Shown: one piece after another, positions 43,083-55,638 of the stretch
How positions within the stretch are numbered: position 1 is the stretch's first letter
Layout of the letters: each line of letters opens with the position of its first letter
Assembly: GCA_913043225.1 (NCBI GenBank)
Contig: CAJWLU010000002.1
Coordinates: 128,001-192,000, forward strand
Origin: an uncultured Acidobacteriota bacterium
GTDB lineage: Bacteria > Acidobacteriota > Vicinamibacteria > Vicinamibacterales > UBA8438
Length of the DNA: 64,000 nucleotides
Direction of reading: 5' to 3'
Position numbers and translations under genes: made by a program
The notes under the pieces: model-generated
Database searches by the model: none
What the model saw: the letters and a program-made list of their open reading frames with translations, nothing else
Told to the model about the DNA's origin: nothing

Positions 43083-43955
43083 TCAGTAAGAGATACCGAC
43101 ACCGAGCGTCGCCACCGGCTGTAACTTGTCACCGTTATTCACAGTCGTGAGTCCGTCGCCGAGAGAGAGCAGGTGAATGCCGGCAATCAGATCCCAGCTG
43201 CCGTAGGCATCCCCGACCGGGATCGGGGTGCTGCCGACCACGCCCAGCGAGACGAACCCGAAGGCGCGGTCGTTGCCCGGACTGGCCTCGTAGTAATCGC
43301 TCATGCTCAGACCGAGGGTGACTGGCACGGTCAGCGAAACTGGAACTACGGTCTCGAACGTATAGCCTGGTTCGACACCTATCTCGAAATACACGCCCTC
43401 GCTTCCGCCGCCGTCCGCTTGTCCGTCGAGCTCGATCGCCATCAACACGTGTGGAGACAGAGTGAGACTGCCGAGCAAGGCGCTGTCGTCGACCGTCAGG
43501 CTGAGCGCCAGCTCCTTGACGGTGCCAAACACATCGTTCGGGCTGAGATAGGAGGTGTAGGTGACGCCAAAATCCAAGTTGTCGACCCCGAAACCGACTC
43601 CCGCGTAGAAGTCCGACTCGTACCAGGCGCCCACATTGACGGCCGGGCCGTCGGTGCCGGTTGGACCGGAGTGCAGGCTGTTCCAATGGCCGATGTTCAG
43701 GGAGACGCTGTTGAGCCCCTGCGTGCCGTCGAACAGGTTGATTGAGACGTCGAAGTACGGCTGGGTGACGACACCCTGGCGTTCCTGCAGGATGCCGCGG
43801 AAAAAGTAGGCGTGGCTGAAGTCCGTGCCGGTCGAGAACGACAGCTTGCCGTTGTTAGCCTGGGCGTGCGCGCTGCTCGCCAGGCTCCCCCAGGCCAGTG
43901 TCATCACGGCGATGGTGACCAGGGCGTGTCGCACAGGTCGCCGATCCGCTGTCAT
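43083..43955 (-). CDS. Putative outer-membrane beta-barrel (TorF-like)
   Basis: Signal peptide (AHA-Q), YFFRGILQ, alternating strands, C-terminal aromatic residue (GISY). Confidence 0.65.
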   Translation of the reverse strand: MTADRRPVRHALVTIAVMTLAWGSLASSAHAQANNGKLSFSTGTDFSHAYFFRGILQERQGVVTQPYFDVSINLFDGTQGLNSVSLNIGHWNSLHSGPTGTDGPAVNVGAWYESDFYAGVGFGVDNLDFGVTYTSYLSPNDVFGTVKELALSLTVDDSALLGSLTLSPHVLMAIELDGQADGGGSEGVYFEIGVEPGYTFETVVPVSLTVPVTLGLSMSDYYEASPGNDRAFGFVSLGVVGSTPIPVGDAYGSWDLIAGIHLLSLGDGLTTVNNGDKLQPVATLGVGISY

Positions 43956-44000
43956 GTACGTGCCTCCTGAGGTGTCCGATGCTGTCCGACTGAACGAAAT

Positions 44001-44009
44001 ATCTTACCA
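44001..44009 (-). promoter_or_regulatory. Extended -10 promoter candidate for the barrel-glnD-glnB-glnA unit
   Basis: TGG-TAAGAT on the minus strand just after the hairpin. Confidence 0.45.
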
Positions 44010-44012
44010 GAG

Positions 44013-44067
44013 GAGGGGAAAGTCGGCATCGCCGCACGGCCGGGTGTGCGGCGTGCGGCGATGCCGA
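44013..44067 (-). terminator. Perfect 16-bp hairpin after torF-like gene
   Basis: TCGGCATCGCCGCACG (44023-44038) / CGTGCGGCGATGCCGA (44052-44067), then CTTTCCCC on the minus strand. Confidence 0.65.
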
Positions 44068-44116
44068 GCTGTAGGGCCCGCGAGGGATCGACGTGTCGAG
44101 CGTGTCAGAGGCTGTC

Positions 44117-44794
44117 CTAGTTGAGGTCGAAGGTCTTGCCCACCCCAAAGACCAGGGTGACGCCGGGCGTCGGGGCGAAGGCATTGTCGACCAGGCCGGA
44201 CAACGTTGAGTCGTTCACGATGCCCGAAATGCTCCAGTCCATATCGCCAGCGCTGAACCCGTAGCCCACTTCGCCATAGGTCCCGTCGAAGTCCCCACCG
44301 AAGGTGCCCACCGTGGCGCTGAATCCTTCGTGCCCGGCGGAGATGCCGAGGAACGAGTAGTTCTGTGCGCCCAACCCGAAGTTCTCATACTGGCCAACCG
44401 AAAACTCGACACTCAGGGGACCGGCCCCGGCATTGAAGTTGGCTTCCTGGTAGGTGTCGTCGAATTCCCCAGTGTAGAAGTAGCCGGTGTAGCCGACACT
44501 GATGTTAAAGGTGTCGTTGCCGCCGCCCACGGCGGCGTAGAGGTCGACCTCGGCGCCGTCGCCCACATCGGCTGCCCAGGTTCCGGCCGAGAATAGCCCG
44601 GCGCTGAGGTCTAGCCCGGCACTGGCCGACGAGGTCTTCTGGAGGATTCCCCGGTAGAAGTACTGGCTGACCCAGCCGGCATTGGCCGAGACGCTGACAT
44701 CCTGGGCGGCGGCGGTGCCGCCGAGCAGGCCGAAGGCGAGGGTCGCGGTCAGTGCGACCCGGGTCAAGCGAGAGTGCAGTGTGCGTGACATCAT
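44117..44794 (-). CDS. TorF/Gcw_chp family putative porin
   Basis: Signal peptide, VSQYFYRGILQ, GAEVDLY, GYTGYFY; RBS GAGGAG; next to amtB. Confidence 0.8.
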   Translation of the reverse strand: MMSRTLHSRLTRVALTATLAFGLLGGTAAAQDVSVSANAGWVSQYFYRGILQKTSSASAGLDLSAGLFSAGTWAADVGDGAEVDLYAAVGGGNDTFNISVGYTGYFYTGEFDDTYQEANFNAGAGPLSVEFSVGQYENFGLGAQNYSFLGISAGHEGFSATVGTFGGDFDGTYGEVGYGFSAGDMDWSISGIVNDSTLSGLVDNAFAPTPGVTLVFGVGKTFDLN

Positions 44795-44841
44795 GTGTGG
44801 ACTCCTCCTCGAGTTAAAGATCTGTGCCTTGAGTTCCATTG

Positions 44842-46167
44842 CTATGAATGCGTGATCGAGAAGCCGCCGTAAGACTCCATGCCGTGCTCGGCGACATCCA
44901 GCCCGATCCGTTCTTCTTCGGGGTCGACGCGGATCCCCATCGTGGCCTTCAGCGCCAGGAAGATGATGAATGCCGCGACGAAGCAGAACGCGCCGTAGGC
45001 GGCCACCCCGATGAGCTGGGTGACGAACGAGTGTTCGGGGTTGGTGCTGAAGAGGCCGACCGCCAAGGTGCCCCAGATGCCGCACACGAGGTGAACCGAC
45101 AGAGCACCGACCGGGTCGTCGATCTTGGCGCGGTCGAAGGCCAGCACCGACAGCACCACGATGACGCCGGCGACCAAGCCGATGAGGATCGACGCGTTGA
45201 CCGACACCGTGTCGGCACCGGCGGTGATTCCGACCAGGCCAGCTAGCGACCCGTTCAACACCATGCTAAGGTCCGGCTTTTTCTGGAACGTCCAGGATGC
45301 GCCCATGGCGCCGACGATGCCCCCGGCCGCGGCCAGTGACGTGGTGACGAAGACGAGCGAGACCAACTCGGGGTCCGCGCTTAGCACCGAGCCTCCGTTA
45401 AACCCGTACCAGCCGAGCCACAGCAGGAAGACACCGATCGTAGCGAGCGGCATGCTATGCCCCGCCACTGGTCGGATTTTTCCGTCAGCGAGGTACTTGC
45501 CGACCCGCGATCCCAGCACGATGATGCCGGCCAGGGCGGCCCAGCCGCCGACCGAGTGCACCAAGGTGGAGCCTGCGAAGTCATAAAAGCCCATCTGGTC
45601 CAGCCAACCCGCACCCCACTTCCAGGATCCGGCGATCGGATAGATGAAGGCCACGTAGATGGTGGTGAAGACCATGAACGACCCGAGCTTGATCCGCTCG
45701 GCCACGGCACCGGAGACGATCGTGGCCGCGGTGGCGGCGAACATCCCCTGGAAAATGAAGTCGGTCCAGTAGGTGTAGGCGCCGTCGGCGTAGGCGACGG
45801 TGTTTCCTTCGGGGCCCGGATCCAGGCCCATACCGGCGAATCCGAAGAACTGTCCGATCGAGAAGTCGCCCGGATACATCAGATTGAAACCGACAAACGC
45901 GTAGGTCAGCAGCCCGATGGCGATGATCGACGTGTTCTTAAACAGGATGTTTACCGTGTTCTTGGCGCGCGTCAGCCCAGATTCCAGGCAGGCAAAGCCA
46001 AGATGCATGATGAACACCAGGAAGGTGGCCACGAGCATCCAGGTGTTGTTGACGGTGAACATTTCTTGCGAGACGTCCTGGGCGCTGGCCAAAGCCGGGG
46101 CCAACAGGAGCGCCAGCAGCATCAGCGCAATCCGTCGTCCGGTAGAGTGAAGGCGTATCTTGTTCAT
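44842..46167 (-). CDS. amtB: Ammonium transporter
   Basis: FQGMFA, DFAGSTLVH, WYGFNGG and DDPVGA..VH (twin His). Confidence 0.95.
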   Translation of the reverse strand: MNKIRLHSTGRRIALMLLALLLAPALASAQDVSQEMFTVNNTWMLVATFLVFIMHLGFACLESGLTRAKNTVNILFKNTSIIAIGLLTYAFVGFNLMYPGDFSIGQFFGFAGMGLDPGPEGNTVAYADGAYTYWTDFIFQGMFAATAATIVSGAVAERIKLGSFMVFTTIYVAFIYPIAGSWKWGAGWLDQMGFYDFAGSTLVHSVGGWAALAGIIVLGSRVGKYLADGKIRPVAGHSMPLATIGVFLLWLGWYGFNGGSVLSADPELVSLVFVTTSLAAAGGIVGAMGASWTFQKKPDLSMVLNGSLAGLVGITAGADTVSVNASILIGLVAGVIVVLSVLAFDRAKIDDPVGALSVHLVCGIWGTLAVGLFSTNPEHSFVTQLIGVAAYGAFCFVAAFIIFLALKATMGIRVDPEEERIGLDVAEHGMESYGGFSITHS

Positions 46168-46194
46168 GTGATTTGTCTCCTCGGATGCACGCGG

Positions 46195-48346
<2,152 letters not shown>

Positions 48347-48415
48347 TGGTCGTCAGCGTAATGCGATCTTCATCGAAGGACAGCCACCGCCGTCGTTCGA
48401 CAGGTTCGAGGGGCG

Positions 48416-49864
48416 CTAGGGTAGCGGCATCGGCAGGCGCGTCTCGCCCATCAGATACCGATCGATTCCAGCCGCCGCGCTACGACCCTCGGCGATAGCC
48501 CAGACAATCAGCGACTGCCCGCGCTGCATGTCACCGGCGGTGAAGACGCCATCCGCGCTTGTCATCCAGTTGCGGTCACGCGAGACGTTCCCTCGGTCAG
48601 TAAGGTCCACACCCAGCTGGGTGAGCAGCCCCTCCCGCTTTGGACCGAGGAACCCCATAGCTAGAAATACGAGGTCGACGTCAAGCTCGAACTCACTTCC
48701 TGGCACAGGGTCGAACGACATGCGACCGTCCCGGCGGGTCATCTCGATCTCTACGGCGTGGAGCGTGGTGACCTCGCCGACGTCGTTCCCGGTGAAGCGT
48801 TGCGTTGACACGGAGTAGACCCGCTCGCCACCTTCCTCGTGAGCGCTCGAGACGCGGAAGATCTGCGGCCATTCAGGCCAGGGGTTGGCGTCACTCCGGC
48901 TGTCCGGCGGCCGCGGCATCAGCTCGAACTGGTGGACCGACCGGGCGCCCTGCCGGTGTGCGGTGCCGAGGCAGTCGGCGCCGGTGTCGCCGCCACCGAT
49001 GATGACCACGCGTTTCCCCTCGGCCGAGATGAACTCGTCGTCGCCGATGACATCACCTTCGCACTTGCGGTTCTGCTGGGTCAGATACTCCATCGCGAAG
49101 TACACGCCCTTGAGCTCACGGCCAGGAACCGTGAGGTCGCGCGGTACTCCGGCCCCGCCGGCCAGCAGCGTGGCATCGAACTCGCTCTTGATGTCGCTCG
49201 CCGTGACGGTCTCGCCCACATCGGTGCTGGGCCGGAAGATCACACCCTCGGCTTCCAGGATGTCGAGGCGTCGGTTCAGGAACCGCTTCTCCATCTTGAA
49301 CTCGGGGATACCGTAGCGCAGGAGTCCGCCGATGCGGTCCGAGCGCTCGAACACCGTGACGAGGTGGCCCGCCTTGTTCAGCTGATCTGCGGCGGCCAGT
49401 CCCGCCGGCCCCGAGCCGATCACGGCCACGCGCTTGTCTGAACGTCGGGTGGGTGCTTCGGGCCGGATCCAGCCCTCCTCGAAGGCGCGTTCTACGATGG
49501 CCAGCTCGATCGATTTGATGGTGACGGCGTCCCGATCGATGGCCAGGACGCACGAGCCCTCGCATGGCGCTGGGCAGAGCCGACCCGTCCACTCTGGGAA
49601 GTTATTGGTCTTGTGGAGCCGGTTGATAGCTGGTTGCCACTTGGCGCGGTAGACGAGGTCGTTCCAGTCCGGGATCAAGTTTCCTAGGGGGCAACCTTCA
49701 TGGCAGAACGGGATCCCGCAGTCCATGCACCGGGCGCCCTGTGCTCGGAGGTCCGTGGTGGCATACGGCAGATAGACCTCGTGCCAGTCCTGCCGCCGCT
49801 CGTCGACGGGGCGACTCGGCGCCTTCTGCCGTTCGATTTCGATGAACCCTTTCAGCTTGCCCAT
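48416..49864 (-). CDS. gltD: Glutamate synthase small subunit
   Basis: RCMDCGIPFC, GSGPAG, GGGDTG, GQSLIVWAI. Confidence 0.96.
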   Translation of the reverse strand: MGKLKGFIEIERQKAPSRPVDERRQDWHEVYLPYATTDLRAQGARCMDCGIPFCHEGCPLGNLIPDWNDLVYRAKWQPAINRLHKTNNFPEWTGRLCPAPCEGSCVLAIDRDAVTIKSIELAIVERAFEEGWIRPEAPTRRSDKRVAVIGSGPAGLAAADQLNKAGHLVTVFERSDRIGGLLRYGIPEFKMEKRFLNRRLDILEAEGVIFRPSTDVGETVTASDIKSEFDATLLAGGAGVPRDLTVPGRELKGVYFAMEYLTQQNRKCEGDVIGDDEFISAEGKRVVIIGGGDTGADCLGTAHRQGARSVHQFELMPRPPDSRSDANPWPEWPQIFRVSSAHEEGGERVYSVSTQRFTGNDVGEVTTLHAVEIEMTRRDGRMSFDPVPGSEFELDVDLVFLAMGFLGPKREGLLTQLGVDLTDRGNVSRDRNWMTSADGVFTAGDMQRGQSLIVWAIAEGRSAAAGIDRYLMGETRLPMPLP

Positions 49865-49875
49865 GCTTCCCTTAA

Positions 49876-52800
49876 CTAGTCCGCTCCGCTGCCAACGAGC
49901 TCCGCGAAGCCAGGTTCGCGCGATTCAGCTCGGGCCTTGGCTTTGGCCATCAGTACACGTTTGTAGTCCCGAGGCATGACCTTGACGAATTTCGTCGCCA
50001 GCGTGTTCCACTCGTCAAGCACGGTCCGACCGCGTCGGCTCAAGGTGTGGTCCACGTGGCGGGTTACCAGACGGTGGATCGACGCTGCGTCGTTGTCGTC
50101 GATCTGTTCGAGATCCACCATGCCGAGGTTACACTGGCTGGCGAAGTTACCCCGTTCGTCGAGAACGTAGGCGATACCGCCGCTCATGCCCGCCGCGAAG
50201 TTGCGACCCGTCGAGCCCAGCACCACCACCCGTCCACCGGTCATGTACTCGCACCCATGGTCGCCGATTCCCTCGACCACCGCATGGACTCCACTGTTTC
50301 TGACGCCGAACCGTTCGCCGGCCACGCCGTGCACGAACGCCTCACCTCCGGTGCCGCCATACAGGGCGACGTTCCCGATGATGATGTTCTTCTCGGCCAC
50401 AAAGGTAGAGTCGGCCGGTGGGAACACGGCTAGCCTGCCTCCCGACAGTCCCTTGCCAAAGTAGTCGTTGGCGTCTCCCTCAATGGTCAGGGTGACTCCC
50501 TGAGGCACGAAGGCGCCAAAACTCTGGCCGGCCGAGCCGGTGAAGCGGATGTCGATCGTGCCGTCGGGCAGGCCATCGCGACCCCAGCGGCGGGTGATCT
50601 CCGACCCTAGCATGGTGCCCACCGTGCGATTCACGTTTCGGACCGGAATCGTGAACGACACCGGTGTGCGCTTATCAATCGCCGATCGGCACTTGTCAAT
50701 CAATGTGTTGTCGAGCGCCTTGTCGAGACCGTGGTCCTGTTCCCTGACGCACCGTCGTGCGACCGACTCCGGCATGTCTGGGTTGTGGAGAATCTGCGAG
50801 AGGTCCAGCCCCTTGGCCTTCCAGTGGTCGATGGCCTCGGCCGTGTCGATCCGATCCACCCGGCCGATCATCTCGTCCAGCGTCCGGAAGCCCATCGTGG
50901 CCATTAGCTCGCGCACTTCTTCGGCCACGAACCGGAAGTAGTTTTCAACGAACTCGGGCTTGCCGGTGAAGTGTTCGCGTAGCTCGGGATTCTGGGTGGC
51001 GATGCCCACCGGGCAGGTGTCCAGATGACACACGCGCATCATGATGCAGCCCGACACGACGAGTGGTGCGGTCGAGAAGCCGTACTCCTCGGCGCCGAGC
51101 AGGGCCGCGATCACAACGTCCCGGCCCGTCTTCATCTGACCGTCGGTTTGCACCACGATCCGGTCGCGCAGCTGGTTTGTAACGAGGACCTGCTGCGTCT
51201 CGGCGAGGCCGAGCTCCCACGGCGCACCGGCGTGCTTGAGGCTGGTGAGCGGCGAGGCGCCGGTCCCGCCGTCGTGTCCCGAAATGAGCACTACGTCGGA
51301 ATGCGCCTTGGCTACCCCGGCGGCCACTGTGCCCACGCCGACCTCTGCTACCAGTTTCACGTGGATCCTGGCGTCCTTGTTCGAGTTTTTCAGGTCATGG
51401 ATCAGCTGCGCGAGGTCCTCGATCGAATAGATGTCGTGGTGCGGCGGCGGGGAGATCAGCGGGACGCCGGGCGTGGAATATCGCACCTGGGCGATCCAGG
51501 GATAGACCTTGTAACCGGGGAGCTGCCCCCCTTCTCCAGGCTTGGCGCCCTGCGCCATCTTGATCTGCAGATCGTCGGCGTTGACCAAATATTCGCTGGT
51601 TACTCCGAAACGTCCCGAGGCGACCTGCTTGATGGCACTCCGACGGTGGTCTCCATTAGCGTCCGGGGTGAAGCGGTCCGGATCCTCTCCGCCTTCGCCC
51701 GTATTCGACTTGGCGCCGAGCCGGTTCATCGCGATGGCGAGCGTCTCGTGGGCCTCGGCGCTGATCGAGCCGTAGGACATCGCGCCGGTCGAGAATCTTG
51801 GGAGGATCGCTTCGATCGGCTCCACTTCGTCGAGCGGAATCGGAGTGTCTGCCGATTTGAGCTCGAAGAGTCCTCTGAGTGTCGCCCGCTGTTGGCTCTG
51901 GTCGTTGACCAGTTCAGCGTACTCCCGGTAGATCTCGTACTGACCGGACTGGCTGGCGTGCTGCAGTTTGTAGACGGTTTCTGGATTGAACAGGTGGTAT
52001 TCGCCGTCCCGGCGCCACTGGTACTCGCCACCACTGTCGAGCTCACCGTCGTCGGAGCCCCGGGTCGGAAACGCTCGCGCATGCCGCCGTTCCACTTCCG
52101 CCGAGACGGTCTCGATGCCGATACCCCCGATCCTGGACGCGGTCCAGGTGAAGTAGCGGTCGACAAACGGTTTGTCGAGTCCGATCGCCTCGAAGATCTG
52201 CGCGCCGCGGTAGCTCTGCAGGGTGGAGATTCCCATCTTGGACATCACCTTCAACACGCCCTTGGTCAGCGCCAGGATGTGATGCTGGATGCCCTGCGGG
52301 GGATCGATGTCTGTGACCTCGCCCTCGCAGATCAGGTCTTCGATCGTCTCGAATGCGAGGTAGGGATTGACGGCGCCGGCGCCGTAGCCGAGCAGCAGCG
52401 CCATGTGGTGCGCTTCACGGGCCTCTCCCGATTCCACGATGAGTCCGCAGCGCGTCCGCGTGCCCTCGCGTACCAGGTGATGATGCACCCCGGCGGTGGC
52501 GAGCAGGCTCGGGATCGGGGCATGGTCGGCGTCGACCCCTCGGTCCGAGAGTACAAGCAGCGTCTTGCTTGCTTCGACCGCCGCGCTCGCCGAGCGACAG
52601 AGCTCGTCCATCGCCCGCTTGAGGCCTTCGGCTCCTTCACGGGGGTCGAACAGGATCGGCAGTGTGGTCGTCTGTAGCGCAGGGTCAGGATTGTGGCGGA
52701 TCCTCGCCAGTTCGTCGTTGTCCAGAATCGGGTACTCAGCCCGAATCTGGTGACAGGAGTCCGGGGTCGGCTTGAGTAGGTTCAGCTCCGGTCCGAGGGT

Positions 52801-54468
52801 GGAGCTCATGTCCGTGACCAGCTCTTCCCGAATGGCGTCCAGGGGCGGGTTGGTGACCTGCGCGAACAACTGCTTGAAGTAGTCGTAGAGCAGACGTGGC
52901 CGGTCCGAGAGCACCGCCAGCGCGGTGTCGGTGCCCATCGACCCGATCGGTTCAATGCCCTTGGCTGCCATCGGTCCGAGCAGGATCCGCAGGTCCTCCT
53001 CTGTGTAGCCGAATGCCCGTTGTCGTCTGAGGATCGACTCATGGGCCTCGGGCGGTGTGTAGGGCGCGTCCGGCAGATCACCGAGTTGCACCACGTGCGT
53101 GTCGAGCCACTCCTGATACGGGAACTCGGCGGCCAGACCCGACTTGATCTCCTCGTCGTCGATGATGCGGCCCTGAGCGGTGTCGACTAGGAAGATCCGA
53201 CCCGGGTGCAGACGTTCCTTGACGAGGACGTTCTCGGGCGGAATGTCGAGTACTCCGACCTCTGACGCCATGACCACCAGGTCGTCCTTGGTGACGTAGT
53301 AGCGGGATGGACGTAGACCGTTTCGGTCGAGAACCGCACCCACCACCGTCCCATCGGTAAACGCGATCGAGGCAGGTCCGTCCCAGGGCTCCATCAGCGA
53401 GGCGTGGTACTCGTAGAACGCGCGCCGGTCCGGGGACATCGACTCGTGCTTGCGCCACGGTTCCGGAATCATCATGAGCACCGCGTGTGGCAACGAGCGG
53501 CCGGTCATGACCAGGAACTCGAGCACGTTGTCGAACGTGGCGGTGTCGCTCTGGCCCTCCCGGGCGACCGGGAACAGCTTCTGGAGGTCGTCTCCGAATA
53601 GGTCCGATTCGCAGAGTGCTTCGCGCGCGCGCATCCAGTTGATGTTTCCGCGCAGGGTATTGATCTCACCGTTGTGAGCGATGTAGCGATACGGGTGCGC
53701 CAGGGGCCAGGACGGGAACGTATTGGTACTGAACCTGGAGTGAACGAGCGCCAGCGCCGATTCGAACTCCGGATCCATCAGGTCCGGGAACATGCCGGTC
53801 ACCTGATCGGCGATCAGCATCCCCTTGTAGACCACGGTCTGGGAGGAGAGGCTGGCTGCGTAGAACAGTCCTGCCTCGCTCAGGCCGAGGGTCTGTACGT
53901 CGCGGGCGAGGCGCTTACGGACGACGTAGAGCTTCCGCTCGAATCGCGCCTGGTCGGTGGGAGCGTCTGAGGCTGTCTCGCCGCGACCGATGAAGATCTG
54001 CCGGATGGTTGGTTCGCCCTGCCGAGCGGTGGCACCGAGCGCGCTGTCGTCGGTGGGGACGTCGCGCCACCCGAGCACAAAGAGTCCTTCCTCCAGCGCA
54101 ATCCGAGTGAGGCGATCCTCGATCGCGAGCCGTTCGTCCGACTTGCGGGGGAGGAACAGCATGCCCACTCCGTAGGCGCCCGGTTCAGGCAGTTCAAAGC
54201 CCAGCGCTGAGGTCTCGCGACGCAGGAAACGGTCCGGGATCTGCAGCAGGATGCCGGCGCCGTCTCCCGTGTTCTCCTCGCACCCGCAGGCGCCCCGATG
54301 CAGCAGGTTGACGCCTACCTCGAGCGCCTGCTCGACTAGTCGTCTGGATTTGATCCCCTTGATGTTCACGACGAACCCGACGCCGCAGGCGTCGTGCTCG
54401 TGACCGGGGTCGTACAAACCGTACGGGCCAGGGGGCGCGACCGATCGTGTCTGGTTGGATCGACTCAT
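49876..54468 (-). CDS. gltB: Glutamate synthase large subunit
   Basis: [45 protein letters not shown] domain. Confidence 0.97.
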   Translation of the reverse strand: MSRSNQTRSVAPPGPYGLYDPGHEHDACGVGFVVNIKGIKSRRLVEQALEVGVNLLHRGACGCEENTGDGAGILLQIPDRFLRRETSALGFELPEPGAYGVGMLFLPRKSDERLAIEDRLTRIALEEGLFVLGWRDVPTDDSALGATARQGEPTIRQIFIGRGETASDAPTDQARFERKLYVVRKRLARDVQTLGLSEAGLFYAASLSSQTVVYKGMLIADQVTGMFPDLMDPEFESALALVHSRFSTNTFPSWPLAHPYRYIAHNGEINTLRGNINWMRAREALCESDLFGDDLQKLFPVAREGQSDTATFDNVLEFLVMTGRSLPHAVLMMIPEPWRKHESMSPDRRAFYEYHASLMEPWDGPASIAFTDGTVVGAVLDRNGLRPSRYYVTKDDLVVMASEVGVLDIPPENVLVKERLHPGRIFLVDTAQGRIIDDEEIKSGLAAEFPYQEWLDTHVVQLGDLPDAPYTPPEAHESILRRQRAFGYTEEDLRILLGPMAAKGIEPIGSMGTDTALAVLSDRPRLLYDYFKQLFAQVTNPPLDAIREELVTDMSSTLGPELNLLKPTPDSCHQIRAEYPILDNDELARIRHNPDPALQTTTLPILFDPREGAEGLKRAMDELCRSASAAVEASKTLLVLSDRGVDADHAPIPSLLATAGVHHHLVREGTRTRCGLIVESGEAREAHHMALLLGYGAGAVNPYLAFETIEDLICEGEVTDIDPPQGIQHHILALTKGVLKVMSKMGISTLQSYRGAQIFEAIGLDKPFVDRYFTWTASRIGGIGIETVSAEVERRHARAFPTRGSDDGELDSGGEYQWRRDGEYHLFNPETVYKLQHASQSGQYEIYREYAELVNDQSQQRATLRGLFELKSADTPIPLDEVEPIEAILPRFSTGAMSYGSISAEAHETLAIAMNRLGAKSNTGEGGEDPDRFTPDANGDHRRSAIKQVASGRFGVTSEYLVNADDLQIKMAQGAKPGEGGQLPGYKVYPWIAQVRYSTPGVPLISPPPHHDIYSIEDLAQLIHDLKNSNKDARIHVKLVAEVGVGTVAAGVAKAHSDVVLISGHDGGTGASPLTSLKHAGAPWELGLAETQQVLVTNQLRDRIVVQTDGQMKTGRDVVIAALLGAEEYGFSTAPLVVSGCIMMRVCHLDTCPVGIATQNPELREHFTGKPEFVENYFRFVAEEVRELMATMGFRTLDEMIGRVDRIDTAEAIDHWKAKGLDLSQILHNPDMPESVARRCVREQDHGLDKALDNTLIDKCRSAIDKRTPVSFTIPVRNVNRTVGTMLGSEITRRWGRDGLPDGTIDIRFTGSAGQSFGAFVPQGVTLTIEGDANDYFGKGLSGGRLAVFPPADSTFVAEKNIIIGNVALYGGTGGEAFVHGVAGERFGVRNSGVHAVVEGIGDHGCEYMTGGRVVVLGSTGRNFAAGMSGGIAYVLDERGNFASQCNLGMVDLEQIDDNDAASIHRLVTRHVDHTLSRRGRTVLDEWNTLATKFVKVMPRDYKRVLMAKAKARAESREPGFAELVGSGAD

Positions 54469-55493
54469 TGCGTCGCTCCTCGGCCGGCCGACGCATGCGC
54501 GTCGCTACGGGGGGTGGCCTGTCGCTCGCTGGCATGGTGCCGGACGTTCGCTTGCGGTCGATGCAGCTCGGGCTTGACCGTTGGGGCGTCTGCATCCGCC
54601 TGTAACAGCTTGATGAACTCGGTGACGGCCGGGTTCAGCCGCCGATTCCGCCGATGCACGATGCTCAGCGGTCGCACTAGCGGAGGCTCGCCCGCTTTTA
54701 GCTCGAACGCCACCCTAAGCAGGGTGCCTCGCTCGACCTCTCGACGTAGCGTCGGTTCCGGCAGCACCGCGATCCCGGCGCCCTCGTCCACCGCTTGCTT
54801 GATGGTCTCGATGTTGTCGAACTCAGCCGTGATCTCCACTTCGACATCGTGGCTTCGGAGGAACCGGTCGATCGCCCGTCGGGCCGGGAGCTCACGGTCG
54901 AACGCCACGAAGCGCTCGCCCTGCAGGTCTTCTGGGCGGAGCGCACCCTTAGTGGTGATCCGACGCGCCAGTGAGTGGCCCGGCGAACAGGCGACCACCA
55001 TTAATTGCCGTTGCCAGGGAATCGCGGTCAGATCCCGACCGGGGGAGATGAACGACATCAGCCCGAGGTCGGACTGGTCGTTGAGCACCCGTTCACAGAT
55101 CTCGTCCGGGTGCATGTAGTCCAGGTCGACCCCGGCGCCGGGGACCAGCGTCCGGAACTGATCTACGTACTGACTGAGATGGTGTAGCCCGACCGAGTAG
55201 ATGGCGGCCACGCGGACCGTGTGCCCTGAAGGCTTCTGCTGTCGGCGCACAGCGTCCTCGAGTTCGTGATAGCGCTCCACGATCTCCTGGCAGCCTTTGA
55301 AGAAGATCTTGCCTTCGGCGGTCAATTTCCAGGGCCGTTGCGATCGGTCGATCAACTCGGCCCCAAGGTGACGCTCGAGCTGCCGAACCGCCTGGCTGGC
55401 TGCGGACTGGCTCACGGAGTTGGCCATCGCACCGCGCGAGAAGCTCTGATGACGCACGACGTCACAGAAAATGTTCAGCGTTTGGACGTGCAT
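54465..55493 (-). CDS. LysR-family transcriptional regulator
   Basis: [26 protein letters not shown] overlap with gltB. Confidence 0.9.
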   Translation of the reverse strand: MHVQTLNIFCDVVRHQSFSRGAMANSVSQSAASQAVRQLERHLGAELIDRSQRPWKLTAEGKIFFKGCQEIVERYHELEDAVRRQQKPSGHTVRVAAIYSVGLHHLSQYVDQFRTLVPGAGVDLDYMHPDEICERVLNDQSDLGLMSFISPGRDLTAIPWQRQLMVVACSPGHSLARRITTKGALRPEDLQGERFVAFDRELPARRAIDRFLRSHDVEVEITAEFDNIETIKQAVDEGAGIAVLPEPTLRREVERGTLLRVAFELKAGEPPLVRPLSIVHRRNRRLNPAVTEFIKLLQADADAPTVKPELHRPQANVRHHASERQATPRSDAHASAGRGATQ

Positions 55494-55541
55494 GGGACCG
55501 ACCAATGTATCACACGAAGTCTAATATCCTGAAGACGCAGC

Positions 55542-55556
55542 ATAAGGAATACTGAT
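55542..55556. promoter_or_regulatory. LysR-type T-N11-A box
   Basis: ATAAG-N5-CTGAT imperfect dyad ~50 nt upstream of the LysR gene. Confidence 0.5.
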
Positions 55557-55638
55557 TCGGGCGGGAAGTCGACGGCACCAAGTGGACCCCGGTGAGCGAT
55601 CCGCACCCACCCCGCCGCGGCCACGATGACTAGTCGAC

